DNA of 64,000 nt from Bryobacteraceae bacterium (GCA_025980665.1 JAICXC010000009.1:209-64208), one strand, 5' to 3'. Counted from the first letter of the stretch, positions 9,207-19,580 are shown. Program-made: numbers and translations. The notes: a model not told the origin generated them from the letters alone.

Positions 9207-9220
9207 ACTCGCTATAGCGA
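9207..9220. promoter_or_regulatory. Perfect 14-bp palindrome CTCGCTATAGCGAG in the promoter region of the 9152-6807 minus-strand gene string
   Basis: Read directly from the sequence. It lies about 55-70 nt upstream of the start at 9152. Confidence 0.25.
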
Positions 9221-9401
9221 GGCCAGTTGAGGTCGGAAGGAGCGCTAGTCGCGTGCGGGGATGCGCTACACGGCGCAGATGGTATGGGTCCTTTTGCGCA
9301 CTGATGAGCGACGGTGCTCGACGGCTGGTCGTATCTAGCGTTCGAATGGCCTTTGTTTGGTCTTAAAGGTTCTTAACGCCGCAACCCATGTTTCCTTTCG
9401 A

Positions 9402-9554
9402 ATGATTTTGTTTCCAGTCGACTATTCAGCGCCGTGCGGGGCAGTCATACCTTATGTCAAACATATGGCACGACGCTTATCTGCGAGTGTTACGTTGGTT
9501 CACGCCTACGGACCACAGGCCCTTGCGCATAGCGGCGTGCGCAAAGCACACTGA
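9402..9554 (+). pseudogene. N-terminal fragment of a universal stress protein paralogue
   Basis: MILFPVDYSAPCGAVIPYVKHMARRLSASVTLVHAYGP aligns with the N-termini of the two full-length USPs (KHILFPxDFS...). It terminates after about 50 aa. Confidence 0.5.
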
Positions 9555-9570
9555 GAATGTCGTCACACGT

Positions 9571-9973
9571 TTACGCTGTCGTTCGCGAATCTCCCTGTCC
9601 GACAGAAACCGCGAGTTCAATCGCCGGGGTTGTCTTTAGGGTGTTGTGAATCAGACATGTCTTTACTGCGCGGAGGAGGCCCTGTTGATGGCGTTCGTCA
9701 ACCTCCGGGAGAATCACCTCCACATCAAATGATGCTAATCGCGCAGGGGCTGTGCCTTTTGCAGCGGAAACACGGATTTCAAGGCCGATCAGAGGCAGTG
9801 AGCGGGCGAGCAAGTACTCGACGGCAGAATGTCCGGCACAAGCGCCTAGTGAAGCCAAGAGCAATTCCGGAGGAGTTGGCCCAGCATTTGCACCGCCTTG
9901 GGTGACGGGTTTGGTCGGTTATGGTCCGATGCGTGCCTACACTTCCATCCAAATGTCTTGTGATACTCTGCAT
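9571..9973 (-). pseudogene. OsmC/YhfA-family protein with an apparent frameshift near 9910-9920
   Basis: The frame from 9973 gives MQSITRHLDGSVGTHRTITDQ. The adjacent frame gives (stop)PTKPVTQGGANAGPTPPELLLASLGACAGHSAVEYLL..., which is the OsmC hallmark GP.P.ELLLA.L..C. The two pieces join into one normal-length OsmC only across a 1-nt shift. Confidence 0.6.
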
Positions 9974-9997
9974 TTGCCGTTGGTTAAAGCATCGTAA

Positions 9998-12763
9998 GTG
10001 CCAATCCGGCAGCTCGCTTCTGTTGTGTCAATGTCATGGCATGAAAGCACTGAAATGATCAATATTTCATCGAAGACGATGCGGGGGTGCGGCGCGCCGC
10101 TGAACGTCTTCTTTCAGCCCCGCAACGTAGCGGTCATTGGTGCGACCGAGGAGCCGACAGGTGTAGGCCGATCAATCGTTACCAACCTCAAACAGACATC
10201 TTTCGGAGGGACTGTTTATCCCGTAAACCCAAAGCGCTCGGATGTATTGGGGTTACCCTGCTATCCGAGCGTCCGGGAAATCCCGGAGCAAATCGATTTG
10301 GCGGTCATCGCCACACCCGCCCGAACTGTTCCTGCGATCGTCCGTGAGTGTGTCGCGGCAGGTGTGGAGGGCGTCATCATTATCTCTGCCGGCTTCAAGG
10401 AAATCGGCGAAAAGGGCGTTGCCCTGGAGCGGGAGGTTCTCGCCGCAGCGCGGAAAAGCAAAATCCGAATTGTGGGGCCAAACTGCCTGGGCATCATGAG
10501 TCCACACTACGGTCTGAATGCCACGTTCGCCAGTTCGATGGCCCGTCCCGGTCACCTGGGTTTCATCAGCCAGAGCGGCGCTTTGTGCACGGCCATTCTC
10601 GACTGGAGCCAGAGGGAAATGGTCGGATTCAGCGCGTTTGTTTCGGTCGGCTCGATGCTCGACGTTGGATGGGCAGATCTGATTCATTATCTCGGAGATG
10701 ACCCGAAAACCAGGAGCATTGTAATCTACATGGAATCGGTCGGGGACGCTCGCGCATTCTTGTCCGCGGCGCGAGAGGTTGCACTATCGAAGCCGATCAT
10801 TGTGCTCAAGCCAGGGCGAACGGCGGCTGCCGCGAGAGCGGCTGCCTCCCACACTGGGGCTCTAACCGGCCAGGACGACGTCCTCGACGCTGCCTTCAGG
10901 CGATGCGGTGTCGTTCGAGTGAATACAATTTCGGAAATGTTCTATCTTTCTGAAGCGCTAGGCAAGCAACCACGGCCAAAAGGACCGCGCCTGACCATCG
11001 TCACCAATGCCGGCGGACCCGCGGTTCTGGCCACCGACGCATTATTGTCTGACGGTGGTCAACTGGCCGAGCTTGCTCCGGGCACGATCGAGCAACTAAG
11101 CGGATTCCTGCCGCGCCACTGGAGCCACCAGAATCCCATCGACGTGATTGGAGACGCAGGCGCGGAACGGTATGCAAAAACGGTGGACCTCGCTGCGAAC
11201 GATCCTGCGACAGACGGACTGCTGGTAATCCTGGCTCCTACCGGTTTAGCAGATGCTACGGCCATTGCCGAGCAGTTAACGCATTACGCCAAGCTTCCTG
11301 GCAAACCGGTGATCGCCAGTTGGATGGGTGGCCGCGACATCGCGAAAGCCGAAGCGATTCTCAACCAGGCGGGAATTCCCACCTACGCCTATCCGGATGC
11401 GGCAGCGCGCGTGTTCGACTTGATGTGGAGCTATAGCGCCAATCTTAAAGCGTTGTATGAAACACCGGAATCGCTGGAATCGGAAGAGGCCGCTTCGCGT
11501 ACGAAAGCCGCTGAACTCATCGAAGGCGTCCGTGCAAAGGGTCGTACGCTTCTGACCGAGGTCGAATCGAAGAGCCTGCTGTCAATCTACGGCATTCCCA
11601 CTGTCGCGACCGAAATCGCAGCCACGGCTGAACAGGCCGTCGATGCCGCGGGTCGCATCGGATATCCGGTGGTTCTCAAGCTGCATTCCGAGACGATCAC
11701 GCATAAGACCGATGTCGGCGGCGTCGAGCTCAATCTTTCGAGCGAAGCCGCCGTGCGAACGGCCTACCAGGGCATTCAAGATTCGGTCACGCGTGCGGCA
11801 GGCGCGGAACATTTTCTGGGCGTGACCGTTCAGCCCATGGTTCGCCCTGAAGGCTACGAACTGATTCTGGGCTCGAGCATCGACTCGCAATTTGGGCCGG
11901 TTCTGCTCTTCGGCAGCGGGGGCCAGCTTGTGGAGGTTTATAAAGACCGTGCGATCGGCTTGCCTCCGTTGAACACTACGCTGGCTCGCCGGCTCATGGA
12001 AAGGACCAAGATCTTTTCTGCGCTTGCCGGGGTGCGTGGACGCAAGCCCGTGAACCTGGTTGAACTCGAAAAGCTGCTGGTCCGGTTCAGCTATCTGGCA
12101 ATCGAACAAAGCTGGATCAAGGACATCGATATTAATCCACTGCTAGCGTCCGCGGACGGACTTCTCGCGTTGGATGCCCGCGTAGTTCTGCATGGCCGGG
12201 ATGTCGTCGATCCTCCGTCGCCGGCCATACGCCCGTATCCGGTTCAATACGTCAAGTCGTGGCGTTTTGAGGATGGCACGGAGGTGATCATCCGTCCCAT
12301 TCGTCCCGAAGACGAGCCGTTGATTGTTGCTTTCCATGCCAAGCTCTCTGAGCGCAGCATCTATCAGCGATATTTTCATTTGCTTTCCCTTGACCAGCGG
12401 GTTTCTCACGACCGGTTGGTGCGAGTCTGCTTCGGCGACTACAACCGTGAAATCGCACTGGTTGCCGAGCACCGGGATCCCGTTACGAGGGCGCCCGAAA
12501 TTCTCGCGGTGGGCCGATTAAGTAAGGCGCATCTCGCCAATGAGGCCGAACTGGCGTTTCTGATCACCGACGAAAACCAGGGCCGCGGCCTGGGGACCGA
12601 ACTTTTGCAACGGTTGGTCGAGATCGCGCGAATCGAGAAACTGGACCGCGTGACCGTCGAAATCCTAGAAGGAAACCGGCAGATGATCGAGGTTTGCCGC
12701 CCGCTGGGGTTCGATCTGGAGCACGTCGAGGACGGCGTAGTTCACGGAGTGCTGACGCTGTGA
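9998..12763 (+). CDS. pat: Pat-type protein acetyltransferase (NDP-forming acyl-CoA synthetase-like domains fused to a C-terminal GNAT)
   Basis: CoA-binding [17 protein letters not shown]...VYPVNPK, a CoA-ligase/ATP-grasp region, and a C-terminal GNAT with [19 protein letters not shown]. The start codon is uncertain (GTG 9998 or a downstream ATG). Confidence 0.85.
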   Translation: MPIRQLASVVSMSWHESTEMINISSKTMRGCGAPLNVFFQPRNVAVIGATEEPTGVGRSIVTNLKQTSFGGTVYPVNPKRSDVLGLPCYPSVREIPEQIDLAVIATPARTVPAIVRECVAAGVEGVIIISAGFKEIGEKGVALEREVLAAARKSKIRIVGPNCLGIMSPHYGLNATFASSMARPGHLGFISQSGALCTAILDWSQREMVGFSAFVSVGSMLDVGWADLIHYLGDDPKTRSIVIYMESVGDARAFLSAAREVALSKPIIVLKPGRTAAAARAAASHTGALTGQDDVLDAAFRRCGVVRVNTISEMFYLSEALGKQPRPKGPRLTIVTNAGGPAVLATDALLSDGGQLAELAPGTIEQLSGFLPRHWSHQNPIDVIGDAGAERYAKTVDLAANDPATDGLLVILAPTGLADATAIAEQLTHYAKLPGKPVIASWMGGRDIAKAEAILNQAGIPTYAYPDAAARVFDLMWSYSANLKALYETPESLESEEAASRTKAAELIEGVRAKGRTLLTEVESKSLLSIYGIPTVATEIAATAEQAVDAAGRIGYPVVLKLHSETITHKTDVGGVELNLSSEAAVRTAYQGIQDSVTRAAGAEHFLGVTVQPMVRPEGYELILGSSIDSQFGPVLLFGSGGQLVEVYKDRAIGLPPLNTTLARRLMERTKIFSALAGVRGRKPVNLVELEKLLVRFSYLAIEQSWIKDIDINPLLASADGLLALDARVVLHGRDVVDPPSPAIRPYPVQYVKSWRFEDGTEVIIRPIRPEDEPLIVAFHAKLSERSIYQRYFHLLSLDQRVSHDRLVRVCFGDYNREIALVAEHRDPVTRAPEILAVGRLSKAHLANEAELAFLITDENQGRGLGTELLQRLVEIARIEKLDRVTVEILEGNRQMIEVCRPLGFDLEHVEDGVVHGVLTL

Positions 12764-14601
12764 CGGGCACCTCCCGTCGCATCGAACGTTCTCAGATCTG
12801 GATTGCGATGCTTGCCGCCGCGGGCATTCTAATCCACCTGGGCTTACGCTATTTGACCCAAGCGGGTATTGAGGTGTCTGATATCCCGCTGTATGTGGCC
12901 GTTGCGGCTGGCGGCATACCGTTGCTGTGGACCTTAGGGCAACGTTTGATTCATCTGGAATTCGGCTCCGACCTCCTCGCCGGCTTGTCCATCGCGGCCG
13001 CGGCCATAACGGGTCAATACCTTGTGGGCGCAATTATCGTGCTCATGCTTTCTGGTGGAGGCGCATTGGAATCGTATGCCTCGCAACGGGCGAGCTCCGT
13101 CTTAGACGCACTTCATAAACGAACTCCAAAGGTCGCACACCGCAGGACCCGTTCAGGGCAGGTCGATGTTCCGCTCGACGCGATTAGAATTGGCGACGCG
13201 ATAGTGATACTGCCGCATGAGATTGTGCCCGTGGATGGAACCGTGATCGAAGGCCACGGCCGCATGGACGAGTCTTATCTCACTGGCGAGCCTTTTGAAA
13301 TCTCCAAAGCTCCAGGATCCGCGGTCTTGTCAGGCGCGATCAACAAAGACCGACTCTTGGTGATAGAGGCATCGAAGTTACCCGTGGATTCGCGGCACGC
13401 TCAGATCGTCCGGTTACTGCAGCAAACCGAGGCCAATCGTCCTCGCTTGCGAAGGCTGGGCGACAAGCTCGCGGCATGGTACACACCGGTCGCAGTCGCT
13501 ACGGCCCTGGGAGCTTGGTGGTGGAGCGGCGATTCGCTCCGATTTCTTGCTGTAACCGTGATTGCGACCCCATGCCCGCTGCTCATTGCGATTCCGGTGG
13601 CAATTCTCGGTGCAATCTCTCTCGCCGCCAAACGCGGCATCATTATAAAAAATCCCGCGGCTCTGGAGCAGATCGACAACTGCCGCACCTTGATCTTTGA
13701 CAAGACCGGCACGCTGACGTACGGCAAGCCGGTGCTAACCGAGGTTCTGTGCGCAGAAGGATTTTCCCGCGGCGACGTTTTATCCAAGGCAGGGAGCCTG
13801 GAGCAATACTCCAAGCATCCGCTGGCCGCGGCTGTCCTGAACGCAGCGCGTGGAGACGGCCTCGCTTTGGCAGCGGCGAGTTCGATTAGTGAAAAGCCAG
13901 GCGCCGGGCTGCAGGGGACCGTGAACGGAGTGAGCGTACGGGTTACGGGACGCTCCCAGGCACAGACCATGGATTTGCCGCAGCCGACCGCCGGCTTGGA
14001 ATGTCTTGTTTTATTCGATGAGCGCCTGGCCGCCATCCTCCGCTTTCGCGATACGCCACGTCAGGAGAGTCGTCCGTTCATTGCGCATTTGGGTGTCCGC
14101 CACGGCGCCAGGCGGATAGTCCTGCTTTCAGGCGATCGCGAGGAGGAGGTCCATTATTTAGCCGGTCAAGTGGGGATCGGTGAGGCGCTCTTCAACCAGA
14201 GTCCCGAAGAGAAAGTCGCTTTCGTCGCAGCAGCCGCCGAGAAAGACAAAACGCTGTTTGTTGGCGACGGAATCAATGACGCGCCCGCGATGCTGATGGC
14301 GACTGTGGGAGTCGCACTTGGATCGAGCATCGACATCACGTCAGAAGCAGCGGACGCAGTTGTGCTCGATTCTTCACTGGAAAAGACCGATGAACTGATC
14401 CACATCAGCCGTCGAATGCGCCGGATCGCTCTGGAAAGCGCGGTGGGAGGAATGGTGCTGAGCATGCTAGGCATGGCCATCGCCGCAGCTGGCTACCTAT
14501 CGCCGGTGGCGGGTGCCATAGCGCAAGAAGCGATCGACGTAGCCGCCGTACTGAATGCACTACGCGTTGCTTTTTACTATCGGCGACTTGCTGACTTCTA
14601 A
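12760..14601 (+). CDS. P1B-type heavy-metal ATPase with a TPCP membrane motif (P1B-5-like), no N-terminal metal-binding domain
   Basis: [30 protein letters not shown], and the TM motif [17 protein letters not shown] at 12760 overlaps the pat stop (GTGA). An alternative ATG lies near 12808. Confidence 0.85.
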   Translation: MTGTSRRIERSQIWIAMLAAAGILIHLGLRYLTQAGIEVSDIPLYVAVAAGGIPLLWTLGQRLIHLEFGSDLLAGLSIAAAAITGQYLVGAIIVLMLSGGGALESYASQRASSVLDALHKRTPKVAHRRTRSGQVDVPLDAIRIGDAIVILPHEIVPVDGTVIEGHGRMDESYLTGEPFEISKAPGSAVLSGAINKDRLLVIEASKLPVDSRHAQIVRLLQQTEANRPRLRRLGDKLAAWYTPVAVATALGAWWWSGDSLRFLAVTVIATPCPLLIAIPVAILGAISLAAKRGIIIKNPAALEQIDNCRTLIFDKTGTLTYGKPVLTEVLCAEGFSRGDVLSKAGSLEQYSKHPLAAAVLNAARGDGLALAAASSISEKPGAGLQGTVNGVSVRVTGRSQAQTMDLPQPTAGLECLVLFDERLAAILRFRDTPRQESRPFIAHLGVRHGARRIVLLSGDREEEVHYLAGQVGIGEALFNQSPEEKVAFVAAAAEKDKTLFVGDGINDAPAMLMATVGVALGSSIDITSEAADAVVLDSSLEKTDELIHISRRMRRIALESAVGGMVLSMLGMAIAAAGYLSPVAGAIAQEAIDVAAVLNALRVAFYYRRLADF

Positions 14602-14731
14602 CCGTTGCGCTTTTTCACGCAATATAAGGTCCTCCACTAATTGCAGAGTGCGGACTGGCGAGCTAAGTAATTCGTAGGACTTGAGATACTCGCTGGCTGC
14701 GGGATTGCATGTCTGGATTGCCGAGGACACC

Positions 14732-15592
14732 ATGCCGACGATTAAACACATTCTGTTCCCCTTCGACTTCTCGCAACAAGCATTGCGCGCGGCTCCTTTC
14801 GTCCAAGCTGTTGCGAATCGTTTTGAAGCACGGGTCACGCTCTTCGGCGTGATCCCACCCGTATGGGACGTCGCTCCCATGGGAATGCCGGTCATGGCCG
14901 GGATTGAGTCAGAAGCGATTGAGCGCGATCTCGAGTGCCGCCTGGGACGGGTGCTAACAAAAGATCTGGCAGGCACTAGTCTGGCGCGCGTGGCGGCCTT
15001 CGGTGATCCAGCTGTGAAGATCGTAGAATTCGCGCATAATCACGCCGTGGATTTGATTATGATGCCGACGCACGGATGCGGATTGTTCCGCAGCCTCTTG
15101 ATCGGCTCCGTCACAGCCAAAGTCCTGCACGATGCCAGATGTCTCGTTTGGACGGCGACCCACGCGGAAGAACAGCGATCGCCTGAAGTACCGAGAACGA
15201 TTCTATGTGCTGTCGATGGTAGCGATAGATCCGCTGCACAGATGAAGTGGGGTGCCGAGTTCGGTCAGAAGATGGGCGCACAGGTGAAGCTGCTTCACGT
15301 TGTCCCTCCGATCAGCGACTGGCTTGGATTGGAGACAGAACGAGAACTACAGGAAGAAGTGCGTGAAGAAGCCCGAGCCAAAATAGAGGCCCTGCGGCAA
15401 TCAGCGTTTGTCGACATTCCGTTGAGAGTTGCCGTGGGTCATGTGGCTACCACGGTGACTGAGGAGGCACGGCAGGAAGGGGCGGATCTCGTTGTTATCG
15501 GACGCGGCTCGCTCCAGTCGCCTCTCGGGCGTCTTCGCACGCACGCTTATGGAATCATTCAGGGTTCACCTTGTCCCGTGGTGAGCGTCTAA
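14732..15592 (+). CDS. Tandem universal stress protein (two UspA domains)
   Basis: MPTIKHILFPFDFS..., VDLIMMPTHGCGLFRSLLIGSVTAKVLHDARCLVW, DLVVIGRGSLQSPLGRLRTHAYGIIQGSPCPVVSV. It aligns end to end with 7425-8282. Confidence 0.85.
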   Translation: MPTIKHILFPFDFSQQALRAAPFVQAVANRFEARVTLFGVIPPVWDVAPMGMPVMAGIESEAIERDLECRLGRVLTKDLAGTSLARVAAFGDPAVKIVEFAHNHAVDLIMMPTHGCGLFRSLLIGSVTAKVLHDARCLVWTATHAEEQRSPEVPRTILCAVDGSDRSAAQMKWGAEFGQKMGAQVKLLHVVPPISDWLGLETERELQEEVREEARAKIEALRQSAFVDIPLRVAVGHVATTVTEEARQEGADLVVIGRGSLQSPLGRLRTHAYGIIQGSPCPVVSV

Positions 15593-15632
15593 GTCGACCC
15601 CTTACTGGCAATGCACTTGCTGGATAACGGGC

Positions 15633-15839
15633 ATGGAAAACACACGTACAATCGATCCGGAACGGGGCCAACGCGACGTCATCTGCACACGTTGTGGCGC
15701 GGACGCGGAATGGATCTTTGTCGACAGCGAGAAAACGAGGGTTGAAGTGACTTGTCCGGACTGCGGCAAGTTCGAGATGCTTCGCACTGAGTTTGATCAA
15801 GCCGAGTCCGAGATCGTCGAACCTCGCGATCGGGAGTGA
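15633..15839 (+). CDS. Small zinc-ribbon protein (CxxC...CxxC)
   Basis: 68 aa with CTRCG and CPDCG pairs spaced for a zinc ribbon. Weak RBS and no family recognised. Confidence 0.45.
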   Translation: MENTRTIDPERGQRDVICTRCGADAEWIFVDSEKTRVEVTCPDCGKFEMLRTEFDQAESEIVEPRDRE

Positions 15840-16108
15840 CTTACTCGGTCTTGACCTTTCATTCTTCACGCACACTGCGGAAAGGCATTCTTAACTTGCG
15901 AGGCGAGCTCCGGCCAGAACTCGCGCAGCACGCCGAAATCCCATGTCCTCAAGCATGTTGTTAAAGGCGCCATCCCGTGCAGCCGCGTCGACGCCAGGTT
16001 GGTTGCCAGGGCACACAATTGTTGAGCGCCAGCGATATAATCCTGCCACCCGACCAGGGGAGGTCGCTTAGGACAAGCGCATTCACCCGGTTGCACTACC
16101 CCATAACT

Positions 16109-16651
16109 TCAGCGCCTCGGTATCTCGAGTTTGTTACCCAGCCGTTCCATGCGGTCTCTGGTCTTCCCATAATCCACGAAGTCCGCAATCATGCCCGCGA
16201 GGTCTGTGGCATAGTCGGCATTCGCCTCCAGGAAGTCCTTGTACTCGTCGGTGAATAACCGCTTCGGCTGGGAGTTAATGCGCTCGATAATGGCTGAAGT
16301 GTATCCCTCCAGCTCGTCCAGGTACGGCACGATCCGGTCGATCGCAGTCTTTTGCCAGGCCGAAGCAGCACCCCTTGCGTCCTTGAGCTTGGCCTCATGT
16401 TTTTCCAGGGCGTTGACGTGGTCCTTGATCTCGTTAATCGCTGCCGCGTGGCTTTCCCAGCTAACGTTCATGCGCGTGAAGCCTTCCATAGCCACCGCAT
16501 CTTCCTTCAATTGAAATGCCATGGTCTTCGCTTCGGAGAGCAATTTGGCGACGTTTTCGGAATCTGGAACAGCGGCTGCGTTGGCCGGGCCCCCCAAGCC
16601 AGCCAGAAGGATTATGGGTCCCATCCAGAGTTTAGTTATGCGCTTGTTCAT
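16109..16651 (-). CDS. Secreted helical protein of unknown function
   Basis: The ATG at 16651 is preceded by AAGGAAG. Signal peptide MNKRITKLWMGPIILLAGLGGPANAAA. The remainder is predicted helical and charged. Confidence 0.55.
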   Translation of the reverse strand: MNKRITKLWMGPIILLAGLGGPANAAAVPDSENVAKLLSEAKTMAFQLKEDAVAMEGFTRMNVSWESHAAAINEIKDHVNALEKHEAKLKDARGAASAWQKTAIDRIVPYLDELEGYTSAIIERINSQPKRLFTDEYKDFLEANADYATDLAGMIADFVDYGKTRDRMERLGNKLEIPRR

Positions 16652-16783
16652 CTCATTCTTCCTTTCGTTGATCAACTGCTCGTCAACGATACGTGCATTT
16701 CACGCGCCAGGAGCTAGTTCTATAAGTGACTGGGGAAAAAGAGTATACGGAATCGAATCAAGCGGGTGCGCCCCGGAAGCTGG

Positions 16784-16798
16784 GTGAAATCCCGCAGC
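16784..16798 (-). promoter_or_regulatory. Second copy of the 15-nt motif GTGAAATCCCGCAGC (hairpin loop TGAAATCC)
   Basis: Exact 15-mer shared with 3264-3278. It forms GCTGGG-TGAAATCC-CGCAGC. It sits in the leader of the 16651 gene, in the same orientation relative to the downstream gene as copy 1. Confidence 0.3.
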
Positions 16799-16817
16799 AT
16801 GCTGGGCGTGAAGGCAC

Positions 16818-18008
16818 TCAACCGCGATTCTTCCCGGCGAGGGCTTCGGCCAGTTCCCGTTCGAATGCAGCGTCGTTGCCGTAGAGGTCTTCAAAGAAGT
16901 GAACTTCACCGTTCTCAGCTACTACGGCAGTCACGTATATGGTCATCACCGGAATAGGGCTCGTAAGCTTCACAGAAATGGATTCGGTCCCTCGCATCGC
17001 CGCGACAATGCGATCCTGCCGCCAGCCGGATTCCCCGCGCAGCACCCATTCCGCCAGGTTCTGGGCTCTTTCCAGGCGAATGCAGCCGTGGCTGAAATCG
17101 CGGCGTGCCCGCGCAAATAACGATTTTGCGGGTGTGTCGTGCATGAATACGTCGTACTTGTTCGGAAAGACGAACTTCACCAGGCCCAGTGAATTCTTGG
17201 GCCCTTGCTTTTGGCGCAAATGAAGCATGCCCGAGCGAAGCTGCGCCAACAAGGTGTCTGAGACCGTATCCTGTGCCACCACCATTCCTTTTGGCGTGAC
17301 CAGCTCGAAGTTGTTCTTCAAGATGTACGAGGGATCCCGAATAATGTCGGGCACCAGTTCTTTGCGTTGTATGTTGAACGGCACGTTCCAATACGGCCGG
17401 AAAATGACGGTATCGATTTCCGAAGACAAAAGAGGTGTCTGGAGCTTGCTGGCACGTCCAATCACGATCTTCATTTCGAGCGCAGGCTGGTGTCCAGTAT
17501 CGAAGGCGCGCAACCGGAATTCGGGAAGATTCACCACGATCGCGGGGCGCGAAGGGTTATAAGGAAGTCGGCGCCAGCGTTCCAAGGCCAACTCTAGCTG
17601 GCGAACCCGGAAACTGAGTGGGGTGTTCAGTTGCGCGAGCGTTCCTTTACCAAGACGCCCATCGGGTTCGAGCCCGTGACGGGTTTGAAATCGCTTGACG
17701 GCCGCCACCAGTCTGGCGTCATACACGTCCGAGTCGGCGGGGACGTACGCTGCCGGAATATCCCCGACCAGCGTCAGCAAGCGAATCAAACGCGAGACGC
17801 CAGCGTAATGGTCGCCCTGTTCCAGAGGTTTCTTGATCGCAGGCAGAATCTCGGAGTCATCTTCAGATGCAAGAGCTCGATAACGCTCAAGCGCGTTCAG
17901 CGTCCGCCGGTATTCGTCGGACGTGGATCCATCTGTAGTTTGTCCTGAAAGCGAGCCGGCAATGGCCAACGTGATACTCAGCATCAGCCCTGAATACTTC
18001 GAAGTCAC
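16818..18008 (-). CDS. L,D-transpeptidase (YkuD domain) with a peptidoglycan-binding domain
   Basis: PG_binding_1 motif AVKRFQTRHGLEPDGRLGKGTLAQLN. YkuD catalytic region VFMHDTPAKSLFARARRDFSHGCIRL. The maximal ORF reaches 18170. A GTG at 18008 gives a better signal peptide (TSKYSGLMLSITLAIAGSLSG). Confidence 0.85.
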   Translation of the reverse strand: MTSKYSGLMLSITLAIAGSLSGQTTDGSTSDEYRRTLNALERYRALASEDDSEILPAIKKPLEQGDHYAGVSRLIRLLTLVGDIPAAYVPADSDVYDARLVAAVKRFQTRHGLEPDGRLGKGTLAQLNTPLSFRVRQLELALERWRRLPYNPSRPAIVVNLPEFRLRAFDTGHQPALEMKIVIGRASKLQTPLLSSEIDTVIFRPYWNVPFNIQRKELVPDIIRDPSYILKNNFELVTPKGMVVAQDTVSDTLLAQLRSGMLHLRQKQGPKNSLGLVKFVFPNKYDVFMHDTPAKSLFARARRDFSHGCIRLERAQNLAEWVLRGESGWRQDRIVAAMRGTESISVKLTSPIPVMTIYVTAVVAENGEVHFFEDLYGNDAAFERELAEALAGKNRG

Positions 18009-18196
18009 AATAACTGAAGAGCAAGGGGACGGCCACCCTAAGCGGCGTGTATGCGCCCTCGCCCAAATCTTCCGGGTCTCTTGCCCCAACCGGCTCGCTT
18101 CCGTCCGGCGTTTCCGCGTAAGCCGCAAGATTTGAAGGTCCGCCTGCTTTGGCAAGTCGCGTGCTTTCATCGCTGCAACTTCAGAACGGAGTGAAC

Positions 18197-18586
18197 ATGA
18201 ACACGAAAATTACCAGCATCGACGCGGGAGTCAGACGGCGCAAGGCGACTCTGCAGTCCAAGCTCCAAGATGTGCTCGAGTTCTCCGGCGACCGGGAAAC
18301 TCTCGAAATCCAACCGACGGCAGACCCGCTCGATCAAGTGCGGTCGAGCACCGACCGTGACATGGCGGTTGAGACGCTGAACCATCAGGCGCGTTCGATT
18401 CAGGAGATTCGTTCGGCGATGGCCCGGATTGAGGAGCGCAGCTACGGATATTGTGAACGCTGCGAAGAGCCGATTCCAGCCAAGCGCTTGGACGCGGTAC
18501 CATGGGCGCGCATGTGCGTTAAGTGCCAGTCCGCGACAGAAGCGGAAGCGTGCCAAGGCGGGGCGGAATCGCACAGCGCCGCCTAA
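18197..18586 (+). CDS. DksA/TraR-family C4 zinc-finger protein
   Basis: CERCEEPIPAKRLDAVPWARMCVKCQ preceded by a coiled-coil region. ATG at 18197 (MNTKITSID). Confidence 0.8.
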   Translation: MNTKITSIDAGVRRRKATLQSKLQDVLEFSGDRETLEIQPTADPLDQVRSSTDRDMAVETLNHQARSIQEIRSAMARIEERSYGYCERCEEPIPAKRLDAVPWARMCVKCQSATEAEACQGGAESHSAA

Positions 18587-18637
18587 ACGCATCGAACAGC
18601 GTCGAGTTCGGTACGCTGAAGCTCTGGAGGAGCGTTA

Positions 18638-19021
18638 ATGAGCGAACCGCGACGGCATGTCCTAATCTGGGTCGCGCCGGAGTTCTTGAAGTCCTCGGGG
18701 ATGATTCAACTCTTCACGGAAGCTTCTATCTTCCTTCCTCCCCAAGACGATCTGGATGAATACGTCCGTTCCGCAGAAGCGGCCGGCGGTTTTGCCATGA
18801 CTGGCAGGCTTGCGGAGGCGAATCATGGCGCCGGTATCTGGATTTCTCCAGTCAATGTCCCGGGACTCGAGTTGATGATTCCCTGGAACCTGGTCAAGAG
18901 TGTCGTAACGGCCGAGAATATGCAGTCTTCCAAAGCGTTTGGCCTTATGAGCGATTTGGCTCAGCCCAAGACGGCGAAGAAACAGCGCCAGCCGACCGCC
19001 AGTCCCGATAACCTGAAGTAG
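18638..19021 (+). CDS. Hypothetical protein
   Basis: 127-aa ORF with strong RBS GGAGGAG 6 nt upstream of the ATG. No family recognised. Confidence 0.5.
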   Translation: MSEPRRHVLIWVAPEFLKSSGMIQLFTEASIFLPPQDDLDEYVRSAEAAGGFAMTGRLAEANHGAGIWISPVNVPGLELMIPWNLVKSVVTAENMQSSKAFGLMSDLAQPKTAKKQRQPTASPDNLK

Positions 19022-19043
19022 CCAGACCATCCTACATTCCCGA

Positions 19044-19577
19044 ATGGCCACTTATCAACTAGATTCACAGCACACCGGAGCGCACTTCAAAGTCCGGCAT
19101 ATGATGATCTCAAACGTAAAGGGCGAGTTCAGCCGTATCACCGGCTCGGTCGAGTTCGATCCTTCGAACCCGTCTACCGCTCGTGTGGAAGCGACTATCG
19201 AGTCCGCGAGCGTCAACACCCGTGAACCTCAACGTGACAGCCACCTCAAGAGTCGTGACTTCCTGGATGTGGGCAGATACCCGAAAATTACTTTTCTTTC
19301 CAGGAGGATCGTTCCAACCGGAGAGGATCGCTATGAGATTGTTGGAGACCTCACCATCCGAGGCGTCACCCGTGAGGTAACACTTCAAGTGGAATCGCTT
19401 ACACCTGAAATTAAGGATCCCGACGGACTGTTGAGGCGCGGTGCCAGCGCGACCACGCGAATCCAACGCAAAGACTTCGGCCTGACCTGGAATGCCGTGC
19501 TCGAGAGCGGCGGGTTCGTGGTGGGAGACGAAGTGGACATCACGATCGATGTCGAAATGTTCCGGAAAGCCGTTTAG
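19044..19577 (+). CDS. YceI-family polyisoprenoid-binding protein
   Basis: YQLDSQHTGAHFKVRHMMISNVKGEFSRITGSVEFDP and the later DFLDVGRYPKITF are typical of YceI. Confidence 0.85.
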   Translation: MATYQLDSQHTGAHFKVRHMMISNVKGEFSRITGSVEFDPSNPSTARVEATIESASVNTREPQRDSHLKSRDFLDVGRYPKITFLSRRIVPTGEDRYEIVGDLTIRGVTREVTLQVESLTPEIKDPDGLLRRGASATTRIQRKDFGLTWNAVLESGGFVVGDEVDITIDVEMFRKAV

Positions 19578-19580
19578 GCT

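Noticed and set aside
15866-16096. 76-aa minus-strand ORF between the zinc-ribbon gene and the secreted helical protein. An 80-aa two-TM ORF at 21271-21513 was also considered.
   Set aside because: There is no RBS, no recognisable motif and nothing to compare against. Either could be real small proteins, but I cannot support them from the sequence alone.
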